64,000 nt of DNA from Hydrurus foetidus (lineage: Eukaryota), in contig UYFQ01000001.1 of assembly GCA_900617105.1 (NCBI GenBank), positions 248,001-312,000 of the forward strand, written 5' to 3'. Position numbers and translations under genes: made by a program. The notes under the pieces were generated by a model. The model was given only the letters and a program-made list of their open reading frames with translations. It had not been told where the DNA came from and searched no databases. Of the stretch, positions 9,117 to 20,931 are shown piece after piece (positions within the stretch are counted from its first letter, which is position 1; the number at the start of each line of letters is the position of its first letter).

Positions 9117-9208
9117 TGACGCCTAGCCGACCAGTCCCACTTGTCGTGTATGTACAGGCCCTCAAACAGCACTTCGCTGCCTGACTCACCCAGTTTCTTG
9201 CGCGTCAT
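9113..9208 (-). pseudogene. Short fragment resembling an AAA-ATPase-like (PD-(D/E)XK-associated) protein
   Basis: MTRKKLGESGSEVLFEGLYIHDKWDWS resembles the LFxGLxIxxxWDW segment of that family; only ~30 codons. Confidence 0.4.
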
Positions 9209-9234
9209 GGCGCAATTATCTGGCGGGACGCGGT

Positions 9235-10255
9235 TCAGGCTTGGGTTTGCTTGAAATACCGCCCCACACCCGTCGCCACGTCCACAAACGCATGCTTGCA
9301 CCCGGTGCTCCGCAGCTTCGTTAAATCAGCCTGCGTATAGCACTGGTACTTGCCGCGCAGCGCGTCGGGGAAGTTGATGTATTCAATCAAGCCTGCGGAC
9401 ACGGCATCGGCCAGCGTCAATGCTGATGCCTGTTGGCTGGCGCGAAAGCTGTTGACCACCGCCAGGGCCACGTCGTTGAAGGGCTGTGCTTGGCCTGTGC
9501 CTAGGTTGAACACGCCGGACTGGCCGGGTGGTCGTAGAACCAAAGGTTCACGGCGACCACATCGTCGATGAAGACGAAATCGCGCAGCTGTGCGCCCGGT
9601 GCGTAGCCGCCGTAGTCACCAAACAGCTTGACTTTGCCTTCTGCTCGGAACTGGTTGAACTGGTGAAAGGCGACGCTGGCCATGCGGCCTTTGTGCTGCT
9701 CGCGCGGGCCGTAGACGTTGAAGTAGCGAAAGCCGACGACCTGGGCGCGGGCTGCTGAAAAATCGTCACCGATCTCGCGGCGCAGTTTTTGGTCGAACAG
9801 CAGCTTGGAGTAGCCGTAAACATTCAATGGGACTTCAAACTCGGGCACTTCGCGGAAGGTGGCGGAACCGCCGTAGGTTGCTGCGGACGAGGCATACAGC
9901 AGGCGTGTGCCCTGGGCTTGGCAGGCGTGGAACAAACCGCAAGACAGCGTGTAGTTGTTGGCCATCATGTACTTGCCGTCTTGCTCCATGGTGTCGCTGC
10001 ACGCGCCTTCGTGGAACACGGCTTCGACCTGGCCATAGCCGCCCTGCGCGAAGCGGGTCGTAGAAGGTGTCCGCGTCCACGTAGTCGGCATCTTCAGGTC
10101 AGCCAGGTTCAGGAATTTGTCGCCTTGCGTCAGGTCATCGACCGCAATGATGTCGGTGAGGCCTCGGGCGTTCAGGCCTTTGATGATGTTGCTGCCGATA
10201 AAACCGGCTGCGCCGGTGACAACTATTTTGGAGTTGTTTGCGTGTTGGAGTTCAT
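9235..10255 (-). CDS. hldD: ADP-L-glycero-D-manno-heptose 6-epimerase (frameshifted in this assembly)
   Basis: [56 protein letters not shown] and YQCYTQAD spread across frames. Confidence 0.92.
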
Positions 10256-11210
10256 GCGATCAGCTCCTTATACGACGCGGTGGCCGTGCCAAATTTACCT
10301 ACGACGATGCCACCGGCCTTGTTGGCCAGGGCACTGGCTTCGCGCAGGCTCAGACCTGCGGCGACCAGGGCGGCCAGGTGGCGATGACGGTGTCGCCCGC
10401 TCCGGTCACGTCGAACACTTCGCGTGCCACGGCTTTCACATGCAGTTCGCCTTGCGCGTCAAACAGCGTCATGCCGTCTTCGCTGCGGGTGAACAGCAGG
10501 GCTTGCAGCCGAGTTGCGTGCGCAGGTTGTGGGCCTTGGTTCGCAACTCTTCTTCGCTGTGCCAACTGCCCATCACCTGCTGTAGCTCTGCGCGGTTAGG
10601 GGTGATCACGTTGCATTTTTGTAGCGCGAATAGTCGCTGCCTTTGGGGTCTACCAAGACCGGTTTACCGGCAGCGATGGCGTTGGCAATCATGTCGGTGA
10701 CGTGGGCGAGGCCGCCCTTGCCGTAGTCTGAAAACAGAACGCATCATGCTGGGGCAGCAGCCACGAATGTGGCGGATTGGGACGCCAACACTTCGCTGGG
10801 GGGGGTGTTTTCAAAATCCAGCCGCAGCAACTGCTGCTGGCGGCCAATCACACGCAGCTTGACGGTGGTCTTGAGCGAGCATCGCGGCCAAAGTGGGCGG
10901 TGATGCCGGTTTGGCCACCAGGCTTCGAGCTTGTGGCTGGCTTCGTCGTCGCCCACGACGGTCAGCAACGAGGCTTGTGCGCCCAGCGTGACCACGTTGT
11001 AGGCCACGTTGGCGCTGCCGCCAACCCGCTCTTCTTCGCGCGTGACGCGCACCACAGGCACAGGGGCTTCGGGGGAGATGCGGTCAACCGCGCCGTACCA
11101 GTAGCGGTCAAGCATGGTGTCGCCGACGACCAGCACGCGGGCGGCAGCGAGTTTGTCGCGGAACAGGGGGGCAAAGGCCGTCAGGGGATGAAAAAAACGG
11201 TGGTGGTCAT
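10252..11210 (-). CDS. rfaE1: D-glycero-beta-D-manno-heptose-7-phosphate kinase (frameshifted in this assembly)
   Basis: [23 protein letters not shown] and [14 protein letters not shown] motifs. Confidence 0.9.
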
Positions 11211-12341
11211 AGTTCTTCGACGCGGCGGGCGGGGTAGCTGTCCCAGGTTTGGCAGCCGGGGCATTGCCAAAAGTGTTGTGAAGCCTCAAAACCGCAGGCG
11301 GCGCAACGGTAGCGGGTGAGGGGTTTCAGGGCGTGGTTCAGGGCGCGCTGGACCTGGGGGTGGAACTGCTCATGTTCCAGCTTTTCTCCGGCAATCCATT
11401 TGGCGGCGGCTACCAGCGAAGGCTCGCGCTCCAGGTGGCGCAAGTACCAGTCGCGCGGGGAGGCAACAGCGGGGTCTAGCACGGCCAATGGCTTCCATCA
11501 CGTCCAACGAGGGGCGCTGGGTGTAGCTGGTATTGAGCAGGCGCAGAGCGTCGTCTTGCCGACCACTTGCCTGCGCGGTGTCGGTCAGCAGCTTGGCCAG
11601 CAGGGGCATGGCAGCGGGCCAGTTGTGCTGTTTGGCTCAGGGTTTCAAAGGCGGATTCGGTGTCGCCGCTGCGGCTGTTGCAGCTGCGCTAATTCCAAGC
11701 CGGGGCGGGCGGTGGCGCTGGCGAGTTCCAGCGCTTGCAGCAGCAACGCTGTGGCTGTCGTGCTTTCAGCCGCTTGCAAAGCTTGTTCGCACAGGTAGTG
11801 GGCGCGGCGCCGCTGAAGCTGCCTTGACCGCTGGCTTCGAGTTTCTGGGCGATTTCGGCGGCTTGCGCCCAGTCGCGCGAGCGCTCGTAAATGGCCAAGC
11901 AGGGCCAGGCGGCTTCGGCTTCAAAGACGGTGCCTTCGAGCTTGCGCAGCGCGGTTTCGGCGCGGTCCAGCAGACCGGCCTTCAGGTAGTCCAGCGCCAG
12001 CGCGTGCTGCGCGCGGTTGCGGTCGGTGGCGCCAGGTCGCCGCGGGCCAGCAGGTGCTCGTGCACGCGCACAGCACGTTCGTATTCGCCCCGGCGGCGAA
12101 ACAGGTTGCCCAGAGCGAAGTGCAGCTCCGAGGTGTCGGGGTCGTTTTGCACGGCTTCGATGAAGGCGTCAATCGCTTGGTCTTGCTGCTCGTTGAGCAG
12201 GAAATTCAAACCCTTGAAGTAGGCTTTGGGGGCTTGCCGGTTTTCCATGCGCAACTGGCGCAAATCCATGCGCGATGCCAGCCACCCCAGCACAAACGCC
12301 ACGGGCAAGCCGAGCAGGATCCAGGTGATATCAAAGTCCAT
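11207..12341 (-). CDS. lapB: Lipopolysaccharide assembly protein B (frameshifted in this assembly)
   Basis: YFKGLNFLLNEQQDQAI, LGNLFRRRGE and C-terminal rubredoxin YRCAACGF...CPGC. Confidence 0.92.
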
Positions 12342-12650
12342 GGGAGGGGGTGGCTGCGGGTTGGCAGTTGTGGCTTCTTTGGCGTTGGCGTACTGGCTCG
12401 GCTGTGGCCGTGGTTTCAGCTGCTGGCGTGCTCCGGCGGCCGCCACGGCGGTGTTTCCACCAACGCGGCACCATGCCCAGCACGCCAATGGCCAGGCCTA
12501 GGTGAACGCGGCCAGCACCACCAGCACCAAAGGTGCTTGCCAAACAGTGCCAAAAAAGAAGTGCAGCGTCACATCTTGCTGGTTGTTCAGCGCAAAGGCG
12601 AACAGGGTAAAAAAAATGGCTGCTTTAAGCAGCCAAAAGAGGTATTTCAC
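12331..12650 (-). CDS. lapA: Lipopolysaccharide assembly protein A (frameshifted)
   Basis: GTG start, MKYLFWLLKAAIFFTLFAFALNNQ; located between ihfB and lapB. Confidence 0.8.
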
Positions 12651-12674
12651 AAGGTTCCCTGTTTCGGAATAATT

Positions 12675-13031
12675 CTACCTGCCAGGTAGGCGGCGTTGGG
12701 AAGTGCGGGCGGTGCTGAGACGGGTCGATTTGCTTGGACAGCAGCTCTCGGTGCGCTGGTCTACGGCTTCGCGCAGGGCCTTGCCGGGCTTGAAATGGGG
12801 CACGCGTTTTTCGGGGATGGCCACACTTTCGCCACTGCGCGGATTGCGGCCCATGCGCGGCGGGCGGCGGTTGATCGAGAAGCTACCAAAACCACGAATT
12901 TCAATGCGGTGGCCACGGACCAGGGCGTCGCTCATCGCGTCAAGAATGGCTTTGACGGCGAATTCGGCATCGCGGTGGGTTAGCTGGCCAAACCGGTTGG
13001 CCAGTTCTTCAACTAGGTCGGAGCGGGTCAT
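12675..13031 (-). CDS. ihfB: Integration host factor beta subunit (C-terminus probably frameshifted)
   Basis: MTRSDLV...[10 protein letters not shown]...GRNPRSGE...PHFKPGK; downstream of rpsA. Confidence 0.93.
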   Translation of the reverse strand: MTRSDLVEELANRFGQLTHRDAEFAVKAILDAMSDALVRGHRIEIRGFGSFSINRRPPRMGRNPRSGESVAIPEKRVPHFKPGKALREAVDQRTESCCPSKSTRLSTARTSQRRLPGR

Positions 13032-13147
13032 GGCATCCAGGGTATAGGGCTAAGAAAAGAACGACCGGTCACCGCCCTTGGATCAGGGCGTTCAGGTCAA
13101 CAACTTCAGATGTTTCTGAAAGACTTGAGTGTTTCCTTATACTGATC

Positions 13148-14825
13148 TCAGTTGTTGCTGTCCAGCTTGGCACGCAACAAAGCGCCCAGGCTGGTCGTGC
13201 CAGCGTTTTCACGGGCAGACTGCTGGCTCAGGGATTGCATGGCTTCGTTTTGGTCAGCCATGTCTTTCGCCTTGATCGACAACTGGATGTTGCGGGTCTT
13301 GCGATCCACGTTCACCACCACAGCAGTGATTTCGTCGCCTTCTTTGAGCACGTTGCGGGCGTCTTCAACGCGGTCACGGCTGATTTCGCTGGCGCGCAGG
13401 TAACCAATGATGTCTTCACCGAGGTCGATTTCAGCGCCTTTGGCGTCAACTGTCTTGACCTTGCCGGTCACGATCTGGCCCTTGTCGTTGATCGACACGA
13501 AGGTGGTGAACGGGTCGAATCGAGCTGCTTGATACCCAGGGAGATGCGTTCGCGGTCCACGTCCACAGCCAACACAATAGCCTCGACTTCTTGACCCTTC
13601 TTGTAGTTGCGCACGGCGGTTTCGCCGGCTCGTTCCATGACAGGTCAGACAGGTGCACCAGACCGTCAATGCCAGCAGCCAAGCCGACGAACACGCCGAA
13701 ATCGGTGATGGATTTGATCGGGCCCTTGACGCGGTCGCCGCGCTTGGTGTTCTGCGCAAACTCTTGCCATGGGTTGGCCTTGCACTGCTTCATGCCCAGG
13801 CTGATACGGCGCTTGTCTTCGTCGATTTCCAAGACCATGACTTCGACTTCGTCGCCCAGGGCAACGAGCTTGGCGGGCGCGACGTTCTTGTTGGTCCAGT
13901 CCATCTCGGACACGTGCACCAGACCTTCGATGCCGGGTTCCAGTTCCACAAATGCGCCGTAGTCGGCGATGTTGGTGATCTTGCCGAACATGCGGGTAGC
14001 CTGGGGGTAGCGGCGGTTCACGCCCATCCAAGGGTCGTCGCCCATTTGCTTCAGGCCCAGGACACGCGGTTCTTTTCGGTGTCGAACTTGAGGATCTTGG
14101 CGGTGATTTCTTGACCAGCGGTCACCACTTCGAAGGGTGACGGACACGGCGCCATGCCATGTCGGTGATGTGCAGCAGGCCGTCGATACCGCCCAAGTCA
14201 ACGAACGCACCGTATTCGGTGATGTTCTTGACCACGCCTTGAACCACAGAACCTTCTTTGAGGGTTTCCATCAGCTTGGCGCGCTCTTCGCCCATCGACG
14301 CTTCCACCACTGCACGGCGTGACAGCACGACGTTGTTGCGCTTGCGGTCGAGCTTGATAACCTTGAATTCCATGGTCTTGTTCTCGTACGGAGACAAGTC
14401 CTTGATGGGGCGGGTGTCGATCAGCGAACCAGGCAAGAAAGCGCGGATGCCGTTGACCAGAACGGTCAGGCCGCCCTTGACCTTGCCGCTGGTTTGGCCA
14501 GTGACAAATTCGCCGGATTCCAGTGCTTTTTCCAGGCTCATCCAGGACGCCAGGCGCTTGGCCTTGTCGCGCGACAAGATGGTGTCGCCGTAGCCGTTTT
14601 CGACGGAGTCGATGGCCACCGACACGAAATCGCCAACTTGAACTTCGAGTTCGCCCGGTCGTTTTTGAATTCTTCGATTGGCACATAGGCTTCGGACTTA
14701 AGGCCGGCGTTGACCACGACGAAGCTGTGTTCGATGCGGACGACTTCAGCGGTGATGACTTCACCGGTGCGCATTTCAGAGCGCTTGAGCGATTCTTCAA
14801 ATAGGTCGGCAAAAGATTCAGACAT
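13148..14825 (-). CDS. rpsA: 30S ribosomal protein S1 (frameshifted in this assembly)
   Basis: [12 protein letters not shown], repeated S1 motifs ([35 protein letters not shown]) and TTSLGALL. Confidence 0.96.
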
Positions 14826-15031
14826 TGAGGTTTTCCTAGACCGTTTGGCGTTACACAGGGCTTGAACAGGGGTTTAAACACTGCGGTGTGCAGAACGTTG
14901 CTGCTGTTTGTAAATTGACTTATTTTGTGCGCATGCGCACGGTTAGATAGCTAAGTTACCAAATCAAAGGCTGGCAACCTTTGTGCTGTAGCGATGGGGG
15001 CGCAACCTGAAGCTGCAGCTCAAAAAGGCAG

Positions 15032-17034
15032 CTAGAAACGGCTGTTTGCTTTGCCACCAGTCAACACTTGGTCAACCGATTCTTCAATCGAAATCAGAGT
15101 TGTCCAGCAACATTGCATCATGCGCAGGCTTTAAGGGCGCGACGTTCGGCGGATGTCCCGGTGTCGCGCGCCTCCAAGTCCGCGCAAAGACTGTCGATTG
15201 TAGTGGAATTCCCTTTGAAATCAACTGCTTATAACGCCGCTCGGCGCGGTGGCGGCGCTGGCGGTCAGGTAGATTTTGAGCGGCGCATCCGGGAAGATCA
15301 CGGTGCCCATGTCGCGCCCGTCGGCCACCAAGCCCGGCAGTTGCGAAAACTGTGTTGCAGCTCGAGCAAAGCGGCGCGAACTTTGGGCAAGGCGGACACT
15401 TTGGAGGCGTTCATGCCTGCTTCTTCGGTGCGGATGGCCTCGCCACGTCTTCGCCGTCCAGCAGACCGGCTGCCTTGAAGCGCATGGGCATGCGTGCAGC
15501 AAGGCGATGGCCTGTTCGTTGATCACTCCAGCGCAAACCGGCGCGGGTGGCGGCCAGCCCGGTGATGCGGTACAGCGAGCCGGAGTCCAGGTAGTGGTAG
15601 CCCAGTTGCTGCGCCACTTCGGACGCCAGCGTGCCTTTGCCCGAGGCGGTAGGGCCGTCGATGCAGATCACGGGAATGTGGTCTGCGGCGGTTTGGCGAC
15701 GGAAAACAGCGCCTCAAAGTAGTCCGGGAAGGTTTTTGCCACGCATTTGGGGTCTTCAATGCGCACGGGCAAGCCTGCCGGGTTGAAGGCGGCCAGCGAA
15801 AACACATGGCCACGCGGTGGTCGTCATAGGTGTGGATGCTGGCGGTTGTCCAACGCATCCTGCGCGGGCGGGGTGATCTGATGAAATCCGCCCCTTCAAC
15901 CACGTGGCGCCCAGCTTGCGCAACTCGGTAGCCATGGCGGCGATGCGGTCAGTTTCTTTGACGCGCCAGCTGGCGATATTGCGCAGCGTGGTCGTGCCTT
16001 CGGCGTACAGCGCCATCACGGCCAGCGTCATGGCGGCATCGGGATGTGGTTGCAGTCCAGGTCGATGCGCCACCAGCGGCCAGGCTTGCGGGCTGGATAG
16101 TGCAGCCAATTTGGGCCACTTTCGACTTGCGCGCCCATGGCTCAGCGGCTTCGACAAAGCGGATATCGCCCTGGATGGAATCGGCGCCTACGCCCAATGC
16201 GGAATTTTTGGTCATTTAAGCCATTACCGCACGCTGCAATTGCACCAAGCGCTATGAAATAGCTAGCGATGAAGCGTCCGCCTCGACGTAAATGTGCCGG
16301 GCGACTGGTAGCTGGCTGCCTGCGGGAATGGTGAAACGCTGCCAGCCGTCGCGCTGCAACTGCAATGCCAAAGCGCGCCAGCAGGTTCAGCGTGATCTCG
16401 ATGTAAGGGCGTGAAATCAGCTCGCCCACTACCTCAATCAACGATGTGAAGCCTTGCGCGTTGGACACCAAGGGCAAGGCCATCAGCAAGGCGGTGAGGA
16501 ACTGGCTGGACACATCGCCACGCACCTGGATGGCTCGTCCAGCTTCAGCGGTTGGCCGGTGGCTCCGCCCAGGCGCAGTGGCGGATAGCCTGTCTTGCCC
16601 AGGTAATCAACCTCGCAGCCCAGCTGCCGCAGCGCGTCCACCAAGTCGCCGATGGGGCGCTCATGCATACGCGGCACACCGCTGAATTCATAGCGCCGCC
16701 CAGCAGCGCCAAAGCCGCGGTCAGGGGCGCATGGCGGTGCCGGCATTGCCCATGAACAGCAAAGCTTGTGCCGATAGGGTGTGGGCGAGCTGACTTTGCC
16801 ACCCATACCGGTGATGCGGCGTGGTTGCCGTTCTGCACCACACCACAGCCCAGCTGCCGCAGCGCTTCCAGCATGACGCGGGTGTCGTCAGAGTCCAGCA
16901 GGTCGTGGACAACGGTGGTGCCTTCGCTCAGGCGGCGAGCAGCAGCACCCGGTTGGAAATGCTTTTGGAGCCGGGCAAAGCCACGGTGCCGCCGGCGGTG
17001 TTCAGCGGGGGGAGGTCAAGAAAATGGCGTACAT
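15032..17034 (-). CDS. aroA: Bifunctional EPSP synthase / cytidylate kinase (heavily frameshifted; ends approximate)
   Basis: [49 protein letters not shown] and YDDHR, then [13 protein letters not shown] and [13 protein letters not shown] (Cmk). Confidence 0.9.
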
Positions 17035-17100
17035 GGAACAAAGCTGAATAACCGCAAGGGCGGAACGGGGACGGCGGATAACGGCGAAAGTAGCGCAACG

Positions 17101-17959
17101 CTAGGCACAGGCTTGCTGCCACCCTGCCACGCTCACGGGTGGCGCCTTCGATTTGCTGGGTCAAGCCAGCGTGTCGCCACGCTCAATCATTTGCTCCATC
17201 GCCAGCAGCTTGTCGCGGAAAAATTGGGATTGCTCTAGCAGCTGGGCTTTGTTGGTGATGAAAATGTCGCGCCACATTTTGGGGTCGCTGGCGGCGATAC
17301 GGGTGAAATCCCGAAAACCCGGGCCAGCCAGCGACAGATACTCGTCACCCTGGGGTTGGTGGAAATGCTGTTGATCAGCGCGAACGCAATCAAATGCGGC
17401 AGGTGGCTGACGGCGGCAAAGGCGGCATCGTGCGCGTCAGGCGACATGGTGACGACATGGCACCCAGCGTCGTCCACACGCGGAGGCTTGTTTGAGCTGT
17501 GCCGTGAGGGTGCGTTCAATGGGGTGAGGACGACTTGCTTGCCACGTACAGGTCACATCGGCATGCTCCACGCCAGCGACTTCTTTGCCGGCGATCGGGT
17601 GGCTGGCACAAAACAGCCAATGTGCTCGCGCAGGGCACGGCGGGCAGCGTCGACCACATCGCGTTTGGTGGAGCCCACGTCCATCAGCAAGCGTGTTGGG
17701 CGTGATCAAACCTTGATGGCTTTGAAAGTGGCTTCAGTAGCTGACACAGGCACGGCCAGCAGCACGATGTCGGCGCCTGATACCGCCAGCAGCGCCGAAG
17801 AGGCTTCCACGTCAATCACGCCCATCTGGCGGGCGCGCTCGGTGGTGGAGGGCGATTTGCTGTAACCCACCACACGCTTGACCAAGCCCGCGCGTTTGAG
17901 GCCAGGGCAAACGAGCCGCCCATCAGGCCGCAGCCAATCAAGCCAAGTTGTTCAAACAT
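17101..17959 (-). CDS. tyrA: Prephenate dehydrogenase (frameshifted; end approximate)
   Basis: [27 protein letters not shown] and [13 protein letters not shown]. Confidence 0.88.
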
Positions 17960-19038
17960 CACTCTGCTGCCGGGTAGGTGCCCAGCACCTTGTAAAAAGC
18001 GCACAGGTTTTGGAAGTCTTTCAAAGCCGCCGCCACATGGGGCTGCGAGGGGTGGCCTTGCAAGTCGATGTAAAAGTAGTATTCCCATTGGCCCGATTTG
18101 GCCGGGCGAGATTCAAAACGTGTCATCGACACGCCGTGGGTTTTGAGCGGCACCAAGATGTCATGCACGGCCCCTGGTTTGTTTGGCACGGAGACCACCA
18201 GGCTGGTGCAGTCTTTGCCGCTGGCCTCGGGCGCTGCCAGGGTTTGAGGCAGGCAAATGATGCAAAGCGGGTGCGGTTGAACGCATCGTCCTGCACCGCG
18301 TGGGCGGCCATGTGCAGGCCAAATTGCGAACCTGCCGCACGCTGGCAATGCCCGCCCAAGCGGGGTTGGTGGCTGCCAGGCGGGCGCCTTCGGCATTGCT
18401 GGATACGGCACGCCGCTCGGCATGGGGCAAATGGGTGGTTAGCCAATTATGGCACTGGGCCAGTGCCTGCGGATGGGCGCAGACGACCTCAATGTCTTCC
18501 AGCGAGTTCGAGAGGCGCAGCAGGTTGTGGCGCACCAGCAGGCTGATTTCGCCAATGATGTGCAGTGGCGAGTTGAGGAACAGATCGAGCGAGCGTGTCA
18601 CCACGCCCTCGGTGTTGTTCTCGACCGGCACCACACCAAACTGGGCGCTGCCCGAGGTGGTGGCGTGGAACACCTCATCAAAGCTGGCGCAGGGCATGCC
18701 TTCAATGCTGGTGCCAAAGAAGCGAAAGGCGGCCTCTTCACTGAAGGTGCCTGCGGGGCCCAGGTAGGCCACGCGCTGCGGGGCTTCAAGCGCGCGGCAG
18801 GCCGACATGATTTCGCGCCAGATCGCGGCCACGTTTTCGCGTTTCAGCGGACCCTGGTTGCTGCTGCAGGTTTTGGATGACCTGGGCCTCGCGCTCAGGG
18901 CGAAACACGGGCGAACCATCGATGCTTTTTGATTCACCGACTTCGCCTGCCAGTGCGGCGCGGCGGTTCAGCAGGGCCAGCAGTTCCTGGTCGACGGCAT
19001 CAATTTGGACTGCGCAGTGCGCCTAAAGTTTGGGTCAT
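17959..19038 (-). CDS. pheA: Chorismate mutase / prephenate dehydratase (frameshifted)
   Basis: IWREIMSAC, AYLGPAGTFSE, VPVENNTEG, HPQALAQC and ACT-domain ESRP. Confidence 0.92.
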
Positions 19039-19063
19039 GGGGCGGGTTTACAAAATGAAGCCG

Positions 19064-20225
19064 TTAAGACAGGGTGCGTTCGAAATCGCGCAGGTAGTCC
19101 ACCAACGCTTGCACGCCTTCCACGGGCATGGCGTTGTAGATGCTGGCCCGCAGCCCGCCTACCGATTTGTGGCCTTTAAGCTGTAGCAGGCCACGGGCCT
19201 TGGCACCAGTCAAAAAGGCATCGTACTGTGGCCCGACAAGACCCGCATCGCGGATGAAGAAGGGCACGTTCATGCGCGAGCGGCAGTCGGGGGCGACATG
19301 GTTCACGTAGCGCTGAGACTGGTCGATGAAGTCGTAAAGCAGCTTCGCTTTGGCGATGTTGCGGTGCTCCATCGCGGCAACGCCGGTCAATACCTTGGTG
19401 CCTGTGTTGTCCGCTACCGTTTCGGTTTGCGCCTTCAGCCACTGGAAGGTCAAACCTGCCATGTAGATGGCGTAGGTGGGTGGCGTGTTGTACATCGAAC
19501 CGTTGTCAGCCACGGTTTTGTAATTGAAGGCGCTGGGGCAGATGGCGAGGGCATGGCCCAGCAAGTCTTCGCGCACCACGACCAGCGTCAAGCCAGCGGG
19601 GCCGAGGTTTTTTTGTGCGCCACCAAAAGCCAAGCCCACTTTGGTCCAGTCCGCTGTGCGGGAGGCCACATGGGACGAAAAATCAATCACCAGCGGCGCA
19701 TCGCAGCCCAAGGCTTTCAGGTCAGGCAGGGCGTGGAATTCCACGCCGTGGATGGTCTCATTGCTGCACAGGTGAACATAGCTTGGCGCCGTGCTGAGTT
19801 GCCATGTGCTGGTGTCAGGCAGGCTAGTGTGGTTTTGCCGTGGCATTGCTGGCGATGATCGCTGCCTTACAGTATTTGCCAGCTTCTTTGACTGATTTTT
19901 CGCTCCAGCTGCCCGTCACCACGAAATCAGCGCTGGTGCCACGAGAAAGGTTCAGCGGCACGATGGCGTTTTCGCCCAAGCCACCGCCCTGCATGAACAG
20001 GATTTTGAAGTTGGCAGGCACGGCCAGCAGCTCGCGCAAATCCGCTTCAGCTTGCTCGTAGATCGATATGAATTCCTTGCCCCGGTGGCTCATTTCCATC
20101 ACGCTCATGCCGCTGCCCTGCCAGTCCAGCATCTCTGCGGCGGCTTGACGCAATACCGGTTCTGGCATCGCGGCCGGGCCAGCGGAGAAGTTGTAGGGGC
20201 GTACGGTAGGTGCAGCAGAGGTCAT
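19064..20225 (-). CDS. serC: Phosphoserine aminotransferase (one frameshift near 19840)
   Basis: [35 protein letters not shown] and [15 protein letters not shown]. Confidence 0.95.
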
Positions 20226-20259
20226 GGGCGCGTCTTGTAGGGGAGGGGCTGGGTAGGGT

Positions 20260-20910
20260 TTACTTCTTTTTAGCGACAGGTTTTTCTGCTGCTTTGTCAT
20301 GACCGGCTTTTTCAACGACGATCTTGGCGGCAATCACGTCAAAGGCTTTGGTTTTTTCTTCCACCACGGCACGGCTGTTATCCACCACGTCTTTGATCCA
20401 TACATTGCCCAACTCAGGGGCTGCGGTTTGGTATTTTTTGAATGCAGGGGATTCAAACAAAGTTACCAGTTGCTTCATTTCAGCTTCTGAAAAACGCTCA
20501 ATGTACGCGGGCAGCAGGGTGCTTTCCGCCGACTTGTCCATTTGCGTCTCAATCACCTTGCGGGTGCTGTCCCCCAGCGTTTTCAGTTCAGTATTGAGCT
20601 GGTCACGGGCTTTTTCTTGCTCGGCCTTGGGCATGTTTTCGAGCTTAGGTGCCCATTTAGCGATCACTGGCTGCACCGCGCTGCCGGTCAATTGAAACGC
20701 CATGCGCTCCATTTCAGGGCCGCGTTGCAGGGCCACCAGCTTGGCGGCGAGTTCGCGCTGGCTGGCTGTCGGTGCTGTGGCGGTTGTGCTGGCGGATGCG
20801 GGTGCTGCTTGAGGGCTGTTTTGTGCGATAGCGCACACAGGCAGTGCGATGGCAGCTGCGAAAAAGAGCGCGAAATGGGTGTTCAAGCGAGAGGTCATTG
20901 GTATTTTCAT
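20260..20910 (-). CDS. Exported protein, DUF2059-like
   Basis: Signal peptide; [25 protein letters not shown] motif; conserved position between gyrA and serC. Confidence 0.7.
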   Translation of the reverse strand: MKIPMTSRLNTHFALFFAAAIALPVCAIAQNSPQAAPASASTTATAPTASQRELAAKLVALQRGPEMERMAFQLTGSAVQPVIAKWAPKLENMPKAEQEKARDQLNTELKTLGDSTRKVIETQMDKSAESTLLPAYIERFSEAEMKQLVTLFESPAFKKYQTAAPELGNVWIKDVVDNSRAVVEEKTKAFDVIAAKIVVEKAGHDKAAEKPVAKKK

Positions 20911-20931
20911 GGGGAAGGGTTTCAGGGTGAC

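Noticed and set aside
6100..9126. CRISPR array or REP repeats as the explanation for the recurring intergenic motifs
   Set aside because: The motifs are non-identical imperfect palindromes separated by whole genes, and no cas genes are present; the pattern fits attC sites.
15032..17034. aroA-cmk fusion as a novelty
   Set aside because: This fusion is already familiar in Comamonadaceae.
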